DNA of 64,000 nucleotides from Candidatus Nanoarchaeia archaeon (GTDB lineage Archaea; Nanobdellota; Nanobdellia; Woesearchaeales; GW2011-AR9): NCBI GenBank assembly GCA_035288985.1, contig DATDYP010000011.1, positions 7,673 to 71,672 of the forward strand, read 5' to 3'. Shown piece by piece: positions 56,339 to 64,000 of this stretch (position 1 is its first letter; each line of letters starts with the position of its first letter). The notes under the pieces were generated by a model. It saw only the letters and a program-made list of their open reading frames with translations, ran no database searches and was not told where the DNA came from. The position numbers and the translations under genes were made by a program.

Positions 56339-56659
56339 ATGACTATTGATAGATCCCCCTTCAACAGATGTGTCAGTTGCGATAATACAATCATTCATCC
56401 TTTGTGCAATATCTGCCTGGCAAAGCGAATGATGGTAACTGTTTCTGAACAGGATCCAGTGCTGGCAAAAAGCATCAGCGGATTTCATATTGATGGAGAA
56501 ACAAAATGCATCTCCTGCGGGGGAAAAACCGGATTATGCGCGCAGTGTTTCAGTAAGGATGTGTATGATTTCCTGGTCGAGAACAATGCTGCTGCTGCAC
56601 GCAGCTTTCTGGGACAGTTTGATTACGAGCTGCGAAAAGCGATTCTGAAATTATCATAA
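56339..56659 (+). CDS. Zinc-ribbon protein (two CxxC pairs x2)
   Basis: Trimmed to MTIDRSPFNRCVSCDNTIIHPLCNIC...CISCGGKTGLCAQC. A TATA (GTATATACTATATAAT) lies at about 56263. Confidence 0.45.
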   Translation: MTIDRSPFNRCVSCDNTIIHPLCNICLAKRMMVTVSEQDPVLAKSISGFHIDGETKCISCGGKTGLCAQCFSKDVYDFLVENNAAAARSFLGQFDYELRKAILKLS

Positions 56660-56694
56660 GCAGCAGGATGCGAACGTAGAGATGAGTGCAATGA

Positions 56695-58269
56695 TTATTG
56701 CGAGCATAACTCAAAGACTTCGTCAACTTTCAAGGTAAAGCCGATGGAGGGAATCTCTGGGTGTGTTTGTACCTGGCTGGCTTGGCCTTTCTTTAACAGA
56801 ATGGCAGTCTCGCTGATTATCTGCCCTGTTTTCTTTTTAATGATATTTACAGGAATGATAGCTGGCTCACCTTTACAATGAGTAGGCATATCCAAAATCT
56901 TCCATTCCAAAGCGCCTGCAGCAGTATAACTTCCCGTCCGTGGTTTTATATCATAGGTCTCGCCATCACTGGTAGATATCTTAAGGGCATAAAAATTACA
57001 CTGCTTGGAACAATCGCCAGTTCCCTGATACACAGAAGCTAAGGAAGTGCACCCTCCACCGATACAATATTCGCCCTTGCTGCATTGTGCATTATCCGTG
57101 CATGCTCCCTCTGCCGCGCCGACCTGGCGGGCTTCAGTGCTATCACAAAGTCCGTTCTGGTTTTCATCCAGGCAGCAGGCATCGCCGTCGGGAGTGACGA
57201 TATGCGGCGGTGTGCAATCAACAGCATAGGTGATCTTCCCAGCCGTACCTTCAGCCTCGCCGCCAACTAACCTCTGGAAGAAAATAGCTTGCCCGGTCGA
57301 GACTCCTCTCAGGATCAATAAGGACCCGCCCAAAAGCAGAAGCACGACCACAGTTATGCCGATGATTTTCTTAGGGTCATAAGCAGGACTAGGCCCAGTT
57401 TTTGGTCTGCCGGTCTTCTGGCTAGGAAGCGAAAGAGAAGGAGCCGAGCCTTTGAACAAATAATAATTCTGTTTTGCCGTTTCTTTGTAAGCCCATTCAA
57501 CCTCGCCATCGGACCAGCCAGCTTTCAGCAGCTCGGCCTTGATTTGCGGGAATTTACTTCCCCTCTTGATATGCTTGGTGATGTAGCTGACCACCTCAGG
57601 GCTGATTTCAGTACGTGCCGCGGGCTTTTTACCTTTTGTAGTGACATAATAGATCACCGCTCCGGCTGCCGCTAAAATCACCAGAATAAAGATAGTGATG
57701 CTCATAAAGCGGGTGAATGCCTGACGTTTCTCCAGAGACTCTTCGACCGTATTCAGGGTTTCCTTAGTTGAATCGATATCCTGCTGCAGCCCAGCTAATC
57801 CGACAGAGAGTGAGGTTTGCTGGTTTTCAACAGAGGATAGCTGCTGCGAGAGATCAGTTTTAAGACTGGCCACGCCTGACTCGATAGATAACAATTCACT
57901 TTTAATGGAAGTTATTTCTTTATTGAGAGTGCCGATATCCTTGCTGGCAGCAGTCAGATCAGCCTGCAGGACAGTCAGTGCTTCTCCCAAGGTTTGCAGA
58001 TCGCTTTCGGCTGTCGAGACATTTGTTACGGCTGCGGAAACATTCTCTGCTACTGGTTCAGCCACTACCTCTTCCTGCTCCAGAAAACAATAGCCACTTT
58101 CAGAATCACAATAAAACTGCTCGCCGTTTTCGCTTAAGATCTGACAATTATAATACGGAAGCTCACCGGTAACTTCGCAGAGGATGCCGGTATTCTGATC
58201 CGCAACGGAAGAAACTGAAAATAGTAAAAGTACTGTAACCACTAGTACATAAAACGTATTCTTTACCAT
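56695..58269 (-). CDS. Membrane protein with Cys-rich N-terminal ectodomain, long coiled-coil, two TM helices and Cys-rich C-terminal ectodomain
   Basis: 524 aa. There is a signal peptide, then ILCEVTGELPYYNCQ...YCDSESGYC. A heptad coiled coil (LNKEITSIKSELLSIESGVASLKTDLSQQLSSVENQQTSL) follows. The TM helices are at about aa 195-215 and 300-320. The C-terminal region has CCLDENQNGLCDS and CTDNAQCSKGEYCIGGGC. Confidence 0.5.
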   Translation of the reverse strand: MVKNTFYVLVVTVLLLFSVSSVADQNTGILCEVTGELPYYNCQILSENGEQFYCDSESGYCFLEQEEVVAEPVAENVSAAVTNVSTAESDLQTLGEALTVLQADLTAASKDIGTLNKEITSIKSELLSIESGVASLKTDLSQQLSSVENQQTSLSVGLAGLQQDIDSTKETLNTVEESLEKRQAFTRFMSITIFILVILAAAGAVIYYVTTKGKKPAARTEISPEVVSYITKHIKRGSKFPQIKAELLKAGWSDGEVEWAYKETAKQNYYLFKGSAPSLSLPSQKTGRPKTGPSPAYDPKKIIGITVVVLLLLGGSLLILRGVSTGQAIFFQRLVGGEAEGTAGKITYAVDCTPPHIVTPDGDACCLDENQNGLCDSTEARQVGAAEGACTDNAQCSKGEYCIGGGCTSLASVYQGTGDCSKQCNFYALKISTSDGETYDIKPRTGSYTAAGALEWKILDMPTHCKGEPAIIPVNIIKKKTGQIISETAILLKKGQASQVQTHPEIPSIGFTLKVDEVFELCSQ

Positions 58270-58361
58270 GGTCCTCTTTTTCTTGGTAAGAGGAGTGTTT
58301 TTTTATTTATATACCTTTGGTTTTTGAAAGGGAAAAACATTAATATTTACTCTGTAATTAT

Positions 58362-58934
58362 ATGATTACAATGCCGTACAACACACCATATCCCCTATTT
58401 GCCAATGGCAGGTATGAGCGTATACCTTTAAAGGAAATCGCCAGGGCCGGGTCAGCCTTGGATGCACGGCTCTGGTCAGCAAGGCTTTCCACCGGGCTGT
58501 TAGGATCGACAAACTGCGATTCCGGTAATCGAGGTCCAAAAGAGTATGGAGAAATACTGTTAGCGCTAGGCGATGAGGGGCTGCGAAAGCTTGTAGAGCT
58601 CGGTTTCATACCCTGCTCATCGTGCAGGCCTGAAACAACAGATACATTTTGGGATATAGTTGCTGCTGAGGTAGCAGAAAAATACCACCTTTATTCTCGA
58701 GAAGATTTTACCAACAAGGACATTCTGCCCTATGATGCACGAAGAGTGCAGTGGGAGGAGATCATTCCCCACATCGGCAAAGCGCCAGGAAGGCTATATG
58801 TGCCACAAGGACTTTCACAAAAAGAGGTGGCTGAGCTTGCTGAACGGTTTGCTGCATTAAGCTTGGATACAGTGCCTTCAATAGGGTTTTATGATAGAGA
58901 AACAGCAGCAAAGTTCACGGCCTACGACATTTAG
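58362..58934 (+). CDS. Hypothetical protein
   Basis: 190-aa ORF. CSSC and other Cys are present; no family recognised. Confidence 0.35.
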   Translation: MITMPYNTPYPLFANGRYERIPLKEIARAGSALDARLWSARLSTGLLGSTNCDSGNRGPKEYGEILLALGDEGLRKLVELGFIPCSSCRPETTDTFWDIVAAEVAEKYHLYSREDFTNKDILPYDARRVQWEEIIPHIGKAPGRLYVPQGLSQKEVAELAERFAALSLDTVPSIGFYDRETAAKFTAYDI

Positions 58935-59006
58935 TAGGTGGATAGAGGTTTCATAAAAACCATTTGTTCAGCAACATTTATATAACAAAACTGCCAACCA
59001 GCTGCC

Positions 59007-60278
59007 ATGCTGGACATAAAATTATTGCGTGAAAATCCCGATGCCGTAACAGCCTCTGAACAGAAACGGGGCAGGGATGCTTCAACTGTAGATGTTGTTC
59101 TCAAGCTCGATCAAAAATGGAAGAAGGAACTTAAGCTGCTGGAAGAGCTAAAGCACAAGAGAAATGTCGTCTCCCAGGAAATTAACCAAGCCAAAAAGAG
59201 CGGGAAAAATGCCGCAGGTAAAATCAATGAGATGAGAGCAGTCGTTGAGGAGATCAAGAAGAAGGAGGAAAACGTTGCCTTGCTTCTGGAGAGGAGAGAT
59301 ACAACATTACAGCAGATAGGCAATCTTTTGCACCCCAAAGTTCCCAAAGGAAAGGATGATTCTGAGAATGTGGAATTAAAAAAATGGGGGAAGAAACCAA
59401 CACTATCAAAATACAAGAATCATGTTGATTTGCTGGAAGCCTTAGATCTGGTAGATTTTGACAGCTCTGCCAGGACTTCCGGGAATGGTTTTTACGTTAT
59501 CAAGAACGAACTTGGCCTTCTCAATCAGGCGCTGATCCAGTTTGCCATGGATGTCATGCGCAGTAAAGGATATACATATATCGAACCGCCCTTGCTGATA
59601 CGAAAAAATGTTCTCGGCGCAGCTATTGATACCAAGGAGTGGTCGCAGACGATCTACTCTGTTGAAGGTGAGGATCTGGCCTTGATCGGAACCAGCGAGC
59701 ATGCACTTCTGGGCCTGCACACAGAACAGGCCTTGCAGGAAAAACAGCTGCCCAAAAAATACTTCTGTTACAGCATGTGCTTCCGGAAAGAGATCGGCGC
59801 CCACGGCATTAACGAGAAAGGGCTGTGGCGAACCCATCAGTTTAACAAAGTAGAGCAATTCATCTTCTGCAAGCCGGAGCAGTCTGAAAAATTATTCCAT
59901 GAATTACTGCAAAATTCTGAAGAGATACTCCAGGCTTTGCGGCTTCCCTACAGAGTCATTGAAATCTGTTCAGGAGACTTGAGTTTATGGAAGCACAGGA
60001 GTTACGATCTGGAAGTATGGCGGCCGACGACAGAGACCTATGGAGAGGTCATGTCATTAAGCAACTGCACCGACTACCAGGCCAGAAAATTAGGGATGAG
60101 AGTCGTCAATAACGACGGTTCGCGGGAAGTTCTTCATACTTTAAACAACACTGCATTGGCTACATCTAGGATCATGGTGGCAATTATTGAAAATTTCCAG
60201 ACTTCTAAGGGAACAGTCAAACTTCCCAAAGTGCTGTGGCCGTACATGAAAGGGATCACGGAATTGGGGAAGAAATAA
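59007..60278 (+). CDS. serS: Serine--tRNA ligase
   Basis: N-terminal coiled-coil arm plus a class-II core (motif 2 FRKEIGAHGINEKGLWRTHQFNKVE, motif 3 GTVKLPKVLWPYMKG); 423 aa. Confidence 0.9.
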   Translation: MLDIKLLRENPDAVTASEQKRGRDASTVDVVLKLDQKWKKELKLLEELKHKRNVVSQEINQAKKSGKNAAGKINEMRAVVEEIKKKEENVALLLERRDTTLQQIGNLLHPKVPKGKDDSENVELKKWGKKPTLSKYKNHVDLLEALDLVDFDSSARTSGNGFYVIKNELGLLNQALIQFAMDVMRSKGYTYIEPPLLIRKNVLGAAIDTKEWSQTIYSVEGEDLALIGTSEHALLGLHTEQALQEKQLPKKYFCYSMCFRKEIGAHGINEKGLWRTHQFNKVEQFIFCKPEQSEKLFHELLQNSEEILQALRLPYRVIEICSGDLSLWKHRSYDLEVWRPTTETYGEVMSLSNCTDYQARKLGMRVVNNDGSREVLHTLNNTALATSRIMVAIIENFQTSKGTVKLPKVLWPYMKGITELGKK

Positions 60279-60323
60279 TTTAATCCCCAATCATACCCTC
60301 CACACACAAAAACAATATAAATC

Positions 60324-61421
60324 ATGCCCTGTTTCAGGCAAAATATGTCGTTATTCAAGGATATGCTGCGAAGCGGGGAAACACTGTTCAGGGATACAGT
60401 TGTTCTGGATTACGATTTCCAGCCTAAAATTCTCCAGTACCGGGAAAATGAGCAGATGCGCTTTGCCACAGCCATACGACCGCTGCTGCAGGGTTATAAT
60501 GGGAGAAATCTTTTTGTCTACGGCGCGCCGGGCATAGGAAAAACAGCCGCCTGCAAGCATGTTCTGCGGGAGCTGGAGGAGGAGAAAGAGGAAATTGTTA
60601 CCATCTATGTTAACTGCTGGAAGGAAAATACAACCTTCAAGGTTTTTTACAAGATCTGTGAGGATCTGGGATTTAAATTCCTGCTCAATAAGAAGACCAG
60701 CGATTTATTTGCTATGATACAACAGAAGCTGAACAAGGGCAGCGCAGTCTTTGTCTTTGATGAGATTGACAAATTGGAGGAAACAGACTTCTTATACACG
60801 ATCCTTGAAGACATCTACCGCAAATCGATCATACTGATTACCAATTATCGTGACAGTTATTCCGAACTGGACGAGAGGATCAGAAGCAGGTTAGGCCCAG
60901 AGTTTCTGTATTTCAAATCCTATAGCGAAGCTGAAATCGCCGGCATTCTTCGGCAGAGGATGGAGTACGCCTTCGTAAGTAATTGCTGGGATGAAGATGC
61001 GTTCAAGGAGATCGTGGAAAAATGTACTGAAACCAAGGATGTGCGCATCGGTTTATATCTGATGAGGGAAACGGGCAATATTGCCGAAGAAAAAAATTCA
61101 CGGAAAATAACGATAGCCCATGCAGCCGAAACGATACGGAAAGTGGATGATTTTCATATCAAGCCAAAAGAAGGATTGGATGACGAATTGCAAGTCATCT
61201 TAGATTTAATCAGGGACCAAAGCGGGGAAAAGATCGGGGAGATCTACACTTCCTATCTGAAAATGGGGGGCGAATTGAGTTATAAGAGTTTCCAGCGGAG
61301 AATCCTGAAATTACGGGAAGGAAGATTCATCTCGGCTGAGAAGATTGCAGGGAAAGAGGGTAATACAACCATTCTCAATTATGCAACAAACAAAAAGCTG
61401 ACCGACTTTGACCTTGACTGA
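60324..61421 (+). CDS. cdc6: Orc1/Cdc6-type replication initiation protein
   Basis: AAA+ Walker A is VYGAPGIGKTAACK, Walker B is VFVFDEID, and a C-terminal winged helix is present; 365 aa. An alternative start at 60345 is possible. Confidence 0.85.
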   Translation: MPCFRQNMSLFKDMLRSGETLFRDTVVLDYDFQPKILQYRENEQMRFATAIRPLLQGYNGRNLFVYGAPGIGKTAACKHVLRELEEEKEEIVTIYVNCWKENTTFKVFYKICEDLGFKFLLNKKTSDLFAMIQQKLNKGSAVFVFDEIDKLEETDFLYTILEDIYRKSIILITNYRDSYSELDERIRSRLGPEFLYFKSYSEAEIAGILRQRMEYAFVSNCWDEDAFKEIVEKCTETKDVRIGLYLMRETGNIAEEKNSRKITIAHAAETIRKVDDFHIKPKEGLDDELQVILDLIRDQSGEKIGEIYTSYLKMGGELSYKSFQRRILKLREGRFISAEKIAGKEGNTTILNYATNKKLTDFDLD

Positions 61422-61448
61422 TTTTTGATGGCGGAAAAATTGTGAATA

Positions 61449-62006
61449 ATGGAAAATATCAACAAACTACGGAAATTCTACCAGCTCAAAAATGTTGAAA
61501 GAGCTAATACTGTCTCTGGCAGAAGAGAAAGTTCAGCCGAACATAGCTGGAGTTGTTTGATCTTAGCTGATTATTTTCTAAGCAGCATGAAAGAGAGATT
61601 AAACCGGCTAAAAGTGTATGAATTATTGATGTACCATGACGTCGTTGAGATTGAAGCTGGTGATGTCTGCATCAGCAAAGAAAAAGAGCGAAAAGGCAAA
61701 AAAGAACGAGAGAAGCAAGCTGCGCATGTGCTCAAGGAACATATGCCTGCAGTTCTTAAGCATAAATTTATTGACCTTTTTGAAGAGTTTGAAGAAGGAA
61801 AAACAAGAGAAGCAAAATTTGCCAAAGCCATTGATGCTTTGGATGCCGAAATCCATGAACTGGATTATAAGGAAGACTGGAAAGGATGGACAGAAGAATT
61901 TTTACGCGAGAAAAAAGGACCTTTATTTGATGATTTTCCAGAATTAAAAGAAGCATTTGAAAAACTCCTAAAGTACCAGCAAGAGGAAGGGTATTTTAAT
62001 CAATAG
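61449..62006 (+). CDS. HD-domain hydrolase (YfbR-like 5'-deoxynucleotidase family)
   Basis: SAEHSWSCLILADYF and MYHDVVEIEAGD match the H...HD...D metal ligands of YfbR-type HD proteins; 185 aa. Confidence 0.65.
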   Translation: MENINKLRKFYQLKNVERANTVSGRRESSAEHSWSCLILADYFLSSMKERLNRLKVYELLMYHDVVEIEAGDVCISKEKERKGKKEREKQAAHVLKEHMPAVLKHKFIDLFEEFEEGKTREAKFAKAIDALDAEIHELDYKEDWKGWTEEFLREKKGPLFDDFPELKEAFEKLLKYQQEEGYFNQ

Positions 62007-62022
62007 ACAGAATCAAGAGATC

Positions 62023-62433
62023 TTATAACAAATAGAAAACTAACAAGGAAACAAAAAAGCCTATCAATGCTCCTACAAGAACTTGCTTGGGAGTATGGCC
62101 AAGCGAATAATGGAATTTTGACTTGAGCTTATGCAGCTTCAATAATTTTTCAATCTCCTTGCCTTCATTGCCGACACTTCTGCGCACGCCAAAAGCATCC
62201 CTGAGAACGATCATAGCCAGGACAAAACTGATCACAAAAGCGGTAGAGATTCGCTCTTGCAGATAGATAATCGTTGCCATCGAAACCACAAAGGCTGAAT
62301 GTGAGGATGGCATCCCGCCGGTAACAACCAGATCATGCCAGCTCAAGGATTTGTGGCGGAAGAAATAGATTATAAGCTTCAGCAGCTGGGCGCCAAATCC
62401 TGCAAAGACGACTGCCAGGACAATCTTGTTCAT
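62023..62433 (-). CDS. DUF212-family membrane protein (acid-phosphatase/vanadium-haloperoxidase-related)
   Basis: Trimmed to MNKIVLAVVFAGF.... Contains the family motif GGMPSSHSAFV; 137 aa. The longer ORF-track version would run through the ncRNA candidate and has a non-conserved Arg-rich leader. Confidence 0.5.
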   Translation of the reverse strand: MNKIVLAVVFAGFGAQLLKLIIYFFRHKSLSWHDLVVTGGMPSSHSAFVVSMATIIYLQERISTAFVISFVLAMIVLRDAFGVRRSVGNEGKEIEKLLKLHKLKSKFHYSLGHTPKQVLVGALIGFFVSLLVFYLL

Positions 62434-62483
62434 ACTCCAGAGATGATGTTGAGGTTTATATAGCTTATTCTTTCTCTTTCTTC

Positions 62484-62645
62484 GGCTCTGTCCTGCATCT
62501 CGCCTTGCTCGGGTTAGCGTGGACTCGCTTTTTGTATATGATAAATTAGTGCGGGTCCTCCCCGGATGGGGCGTCCCTCCCCGCAATCGCTTCTGTGTTC
62601 AGAGTAACGCTCGTATCTTCACGCTAACCACATTCAGGACAGAGC
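62484..62645 (+). ncRNA. Candidate structured ncRNA, copy 2 of the paralogous pair
   Basis: TATA (GTTTATATAGC) lies at 62454-62464. It has the same terminal bipartite stem as copy 1 (GGCTCTGTCCTG.../...CAGGACAGAGC and GGTTAGCGTG/CACGCTAACC), with internal hairpins GCGGG...CCCGC and CCCC-GGAT-GGGG. It sits between two minus-strand genes. Confidence 0.45.
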
Positions 62646-63419
62646 TTACTTCTTAAAATCAAACTCGATCATCAACGGCAGATGATCAGAAAAATGAAAC
62701 TTCAAGACTGAATATTTCTTCACCTTTATTTGAGGAGAGGTCAGGATATAATCTAATCTTCTGGTGGGATGCCAGGCCGGTTCTGTAAGAGGAAGAGATT
62801 TTTTATCCAAGCTGATCAAATCCTTCAGATGGGTTTTCTGTAACAAGTCTTTGATTTCTTCTTCCCCATTAAAGGTATTAAAGTCACCCATGAGAATGAC
62901 CGGATTTTTGATTTTATTGACGATGCTGATCAATTCCTTGATCTGTTTTGCACGGGCTTTTTCTCCTAAAGCAAGATGCGCGGCCAGAAGAGTGACCGGT
63001 TTTGGGCATTTCACAGTAGCTTCGATGACCATCCGTTTGGTGCCTTCGTGAAAGACATGGTAGCGGACTTTGCTGAACGGGAATCTGGACACTAAAGCAT
63101 TGGCCTGCTTGTTGAGGATCGGTATGTGATGGAATAATTTTAACCATCCCTTGATTGGATATTTGACTTTTTCGACAAAACTTGTAAGGCCCAACTTCTC
63201 TTCGAGAAAACGGACCTCGTCCTCTCCACGGCTGCGCAGAGAACCGATGTCCACTTCAATCAAAGCCAGGATGTCCGGCTTCAGCTTGTGAAGTGCGGTA
63301 ACCATCCTCCTTTCAAGATTTTTAGGCGGAAAAAATATTTTCCAGAACTGCAGATATTGATACCAGATCCCTTCCATGCCTTCGCAGTACTCGATGTTGT
63401 AGGTGATAAGCTTGACCAT
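62646..63419 (-). CDS. Endonuclease/exonuclease/phosphatase (EEP)-family protein
   Basis: ITYNIEY (N-terminal Asn/Glu), LMGDFN, and SDHLPL catalytic motifs; 257 aa. Confidence 0.7.
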   Translation of the reverse strand: MVKLITYNIEYCEGMEGIWYQYLQFWKIFFPPKNLERRMVTALHKLKPDILALIEVDIGSLRSRGEDEVRFLEEKLGLTSFVEKVKYPIKGWLKLFHHIPILNKQANALVSRFPFSKVRYHVFHEGTKRMVIEATVKCPKPVTLLAAHLALGEKARAKQIKELISIVNKIKNPVILMGDFNTFNGEEEIKDLLQKTHLKDLISLDKKSLPLTEPAWHPTRRLDYILTSPQIKVKKYSVLKFHFSDHLPLMIEFDFKK

Positions 63420-63518
63420 AACATTAATTAAGTAAAGAAGATATATAATAATTGTTAATTACTGTAGAGAAGTGGTCTTAACATTAAGGGTTGCATAAAA
63501 GAAGACAGCTTCTCCAAT

Positions 63519-63944
63519 TTATCCGTACAGGTCTGTGAAAGAAGGATCATCCGGAGCCAGAGCTATGGCTCTAAAGTCTTCACGCGCCATAAGATGGCCA
63601 TTTTTAAAATGAGTACTTGCATGGTACCGTATTTTATTTTCTTCATCAAGCGCCAGGAAGCAACCAAAGCCTTTTACTTCATATCCTAATTCCTGTGCTT
63701 TTGCACGATGAGCATTTTCATGAGCAATTGTCCTTCTGATGAGGTCTTGATCAAAACAGCCAGCTGCTCCCAGAAACCGCTCTAATTCTTCTAATGTTTT
63801 AAAGAAATAGAAATCATCAAGATTCAATTCAGCTTTATATTGTTCGTAGAGGGCATCCACTCTCGCTTTCAGATGCAACTCGACTGAATCTGGGTCTATG
63901 CCTGCTTCTTTGCGCGCAAGTGCAAGATTAAGTTCCCCTTTCAC
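63519..63944 (-). CDS. Hypothetical protein with HExxH motif
   Basis: 141 aa; AHENAHRAKAQELG; no family assigned. Confidence 0.3.
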   Translation of the reverse strand: MKGELNLALARKEAGIDPDSVELHLKARVDALYEQYKAELNLDDFYFFKTLEELERFLGAAGCFDQDLIRRTIAHENAHRAKAQELGYEVKGFGCFLALDEENKIRYHASTHFKNGHLMAREDFRAIALAPDDPSFTDLYG

Positions 63945-64000
63945 GGCTTTTTTATACTCAAAAAGATCTTCTAATCTTGTTGTTGGTTGTTTGAAATCTC

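Noticed and set aside
60279-61450. Replication origin with ORB repeats adjacent to orc1/cdc6
   Set aside because: The flanking intergenic spacers are only about 45 and 27 bp and contain no repeated ORB-like elements. An origin, if nearby, is not in these gaps.
62434-62586. N-terminal 51 codons of the ORF-track version of the DUF212 gene
   Set aside because: That extension would run antisense through structured RNA copy 2 and adds an Arg-rich non-conserved leader. The internal Met directly precedes the conserved TM helix.
1-64000. CRISPR arrays, rRNA genes, insertion sequences or transposases
   Set aside because: No regularly spaced direct repeats, no rRNA-like conserved blocks and no transposase-like ORFs were seen on reading both strands.

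Overview
This 64 kb window reads as a compact archaeal chromosome segment of roughly 40-45% GC, with dense coding on both strands. I cannot name the organism from sequence alone; the lineage call is an inference from gene content. The archaeal assignment rests on TFB, Orc1/Cdc6, GatD, an archaemetzincin, an AglB/STT3 oligosaccharyltransferase, SRP54, ribosomal protein S15, archaeal-type AMP phosphorylase, Taw3 and TrmI, plus TATA-box/T-tract signals and leaderless genes. The small, salvage-oriented gene set with many secreted or surface proteins is compatible with a DPANN-like or other small-genome archaeon.

Core genes present are argS, serS, srp54, ahcY, dut, panB, mpg, XPD, a class-I aminotransferase, an SSS symporter, an ABC transporter and a VIT1/CCC1 transporter.

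Accessory content:
- A minus-strand operon at the left edge encodes three secreted proteins: an Ig-like/Cys-rich protein, a LamG-like lectin-domain protein, and a large partial FG-GAP/VCBS + YD/RHS-repeat protein.
- Two paralogous acidic cell-surface proteins.
- An N-glycosylation pair (AglB and a divergent flippase).
- AT-rich, probably horizontally acquired genes: an orphan methyltransferase, and a Lnu-like nucleotidyltransferase next to a DinD/Bro-N-like gene.

Most interesting for the hunt:
1. Two paralogous, roughly 160-nt GC-rich structured RNA loci (47311-47473 and 62484-62645). Each sits behind a TATA box, and the two copies show compensatory base changes in their internal stems. They match nothing I can name.
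2. An MTA-phosphorylase/adenine-phosphoribosyltransferase gene fusion (26626..27957) that lies 1.8 kb from ahcY; the AMP phosphorylase gene (9132..10610) is about 16 kb away.
3. Two intron-containing tRNA genes, one with an unusual architecture.
4. A tandemly duplicated promoter segment (5683-5753).
5. A CofD/YvcK + HAD + nucleotidyltransferase trio.
6. Two B3/4-domain paralogues flanking argS, together with a divergent PyrB-like gene.
7. Several structured intergenic regions that I could not classify.

No CRISPR array, rRNA gene or clear transposon was seen. All calls come from reading the sequence and from motif recognition; no database searches were run.
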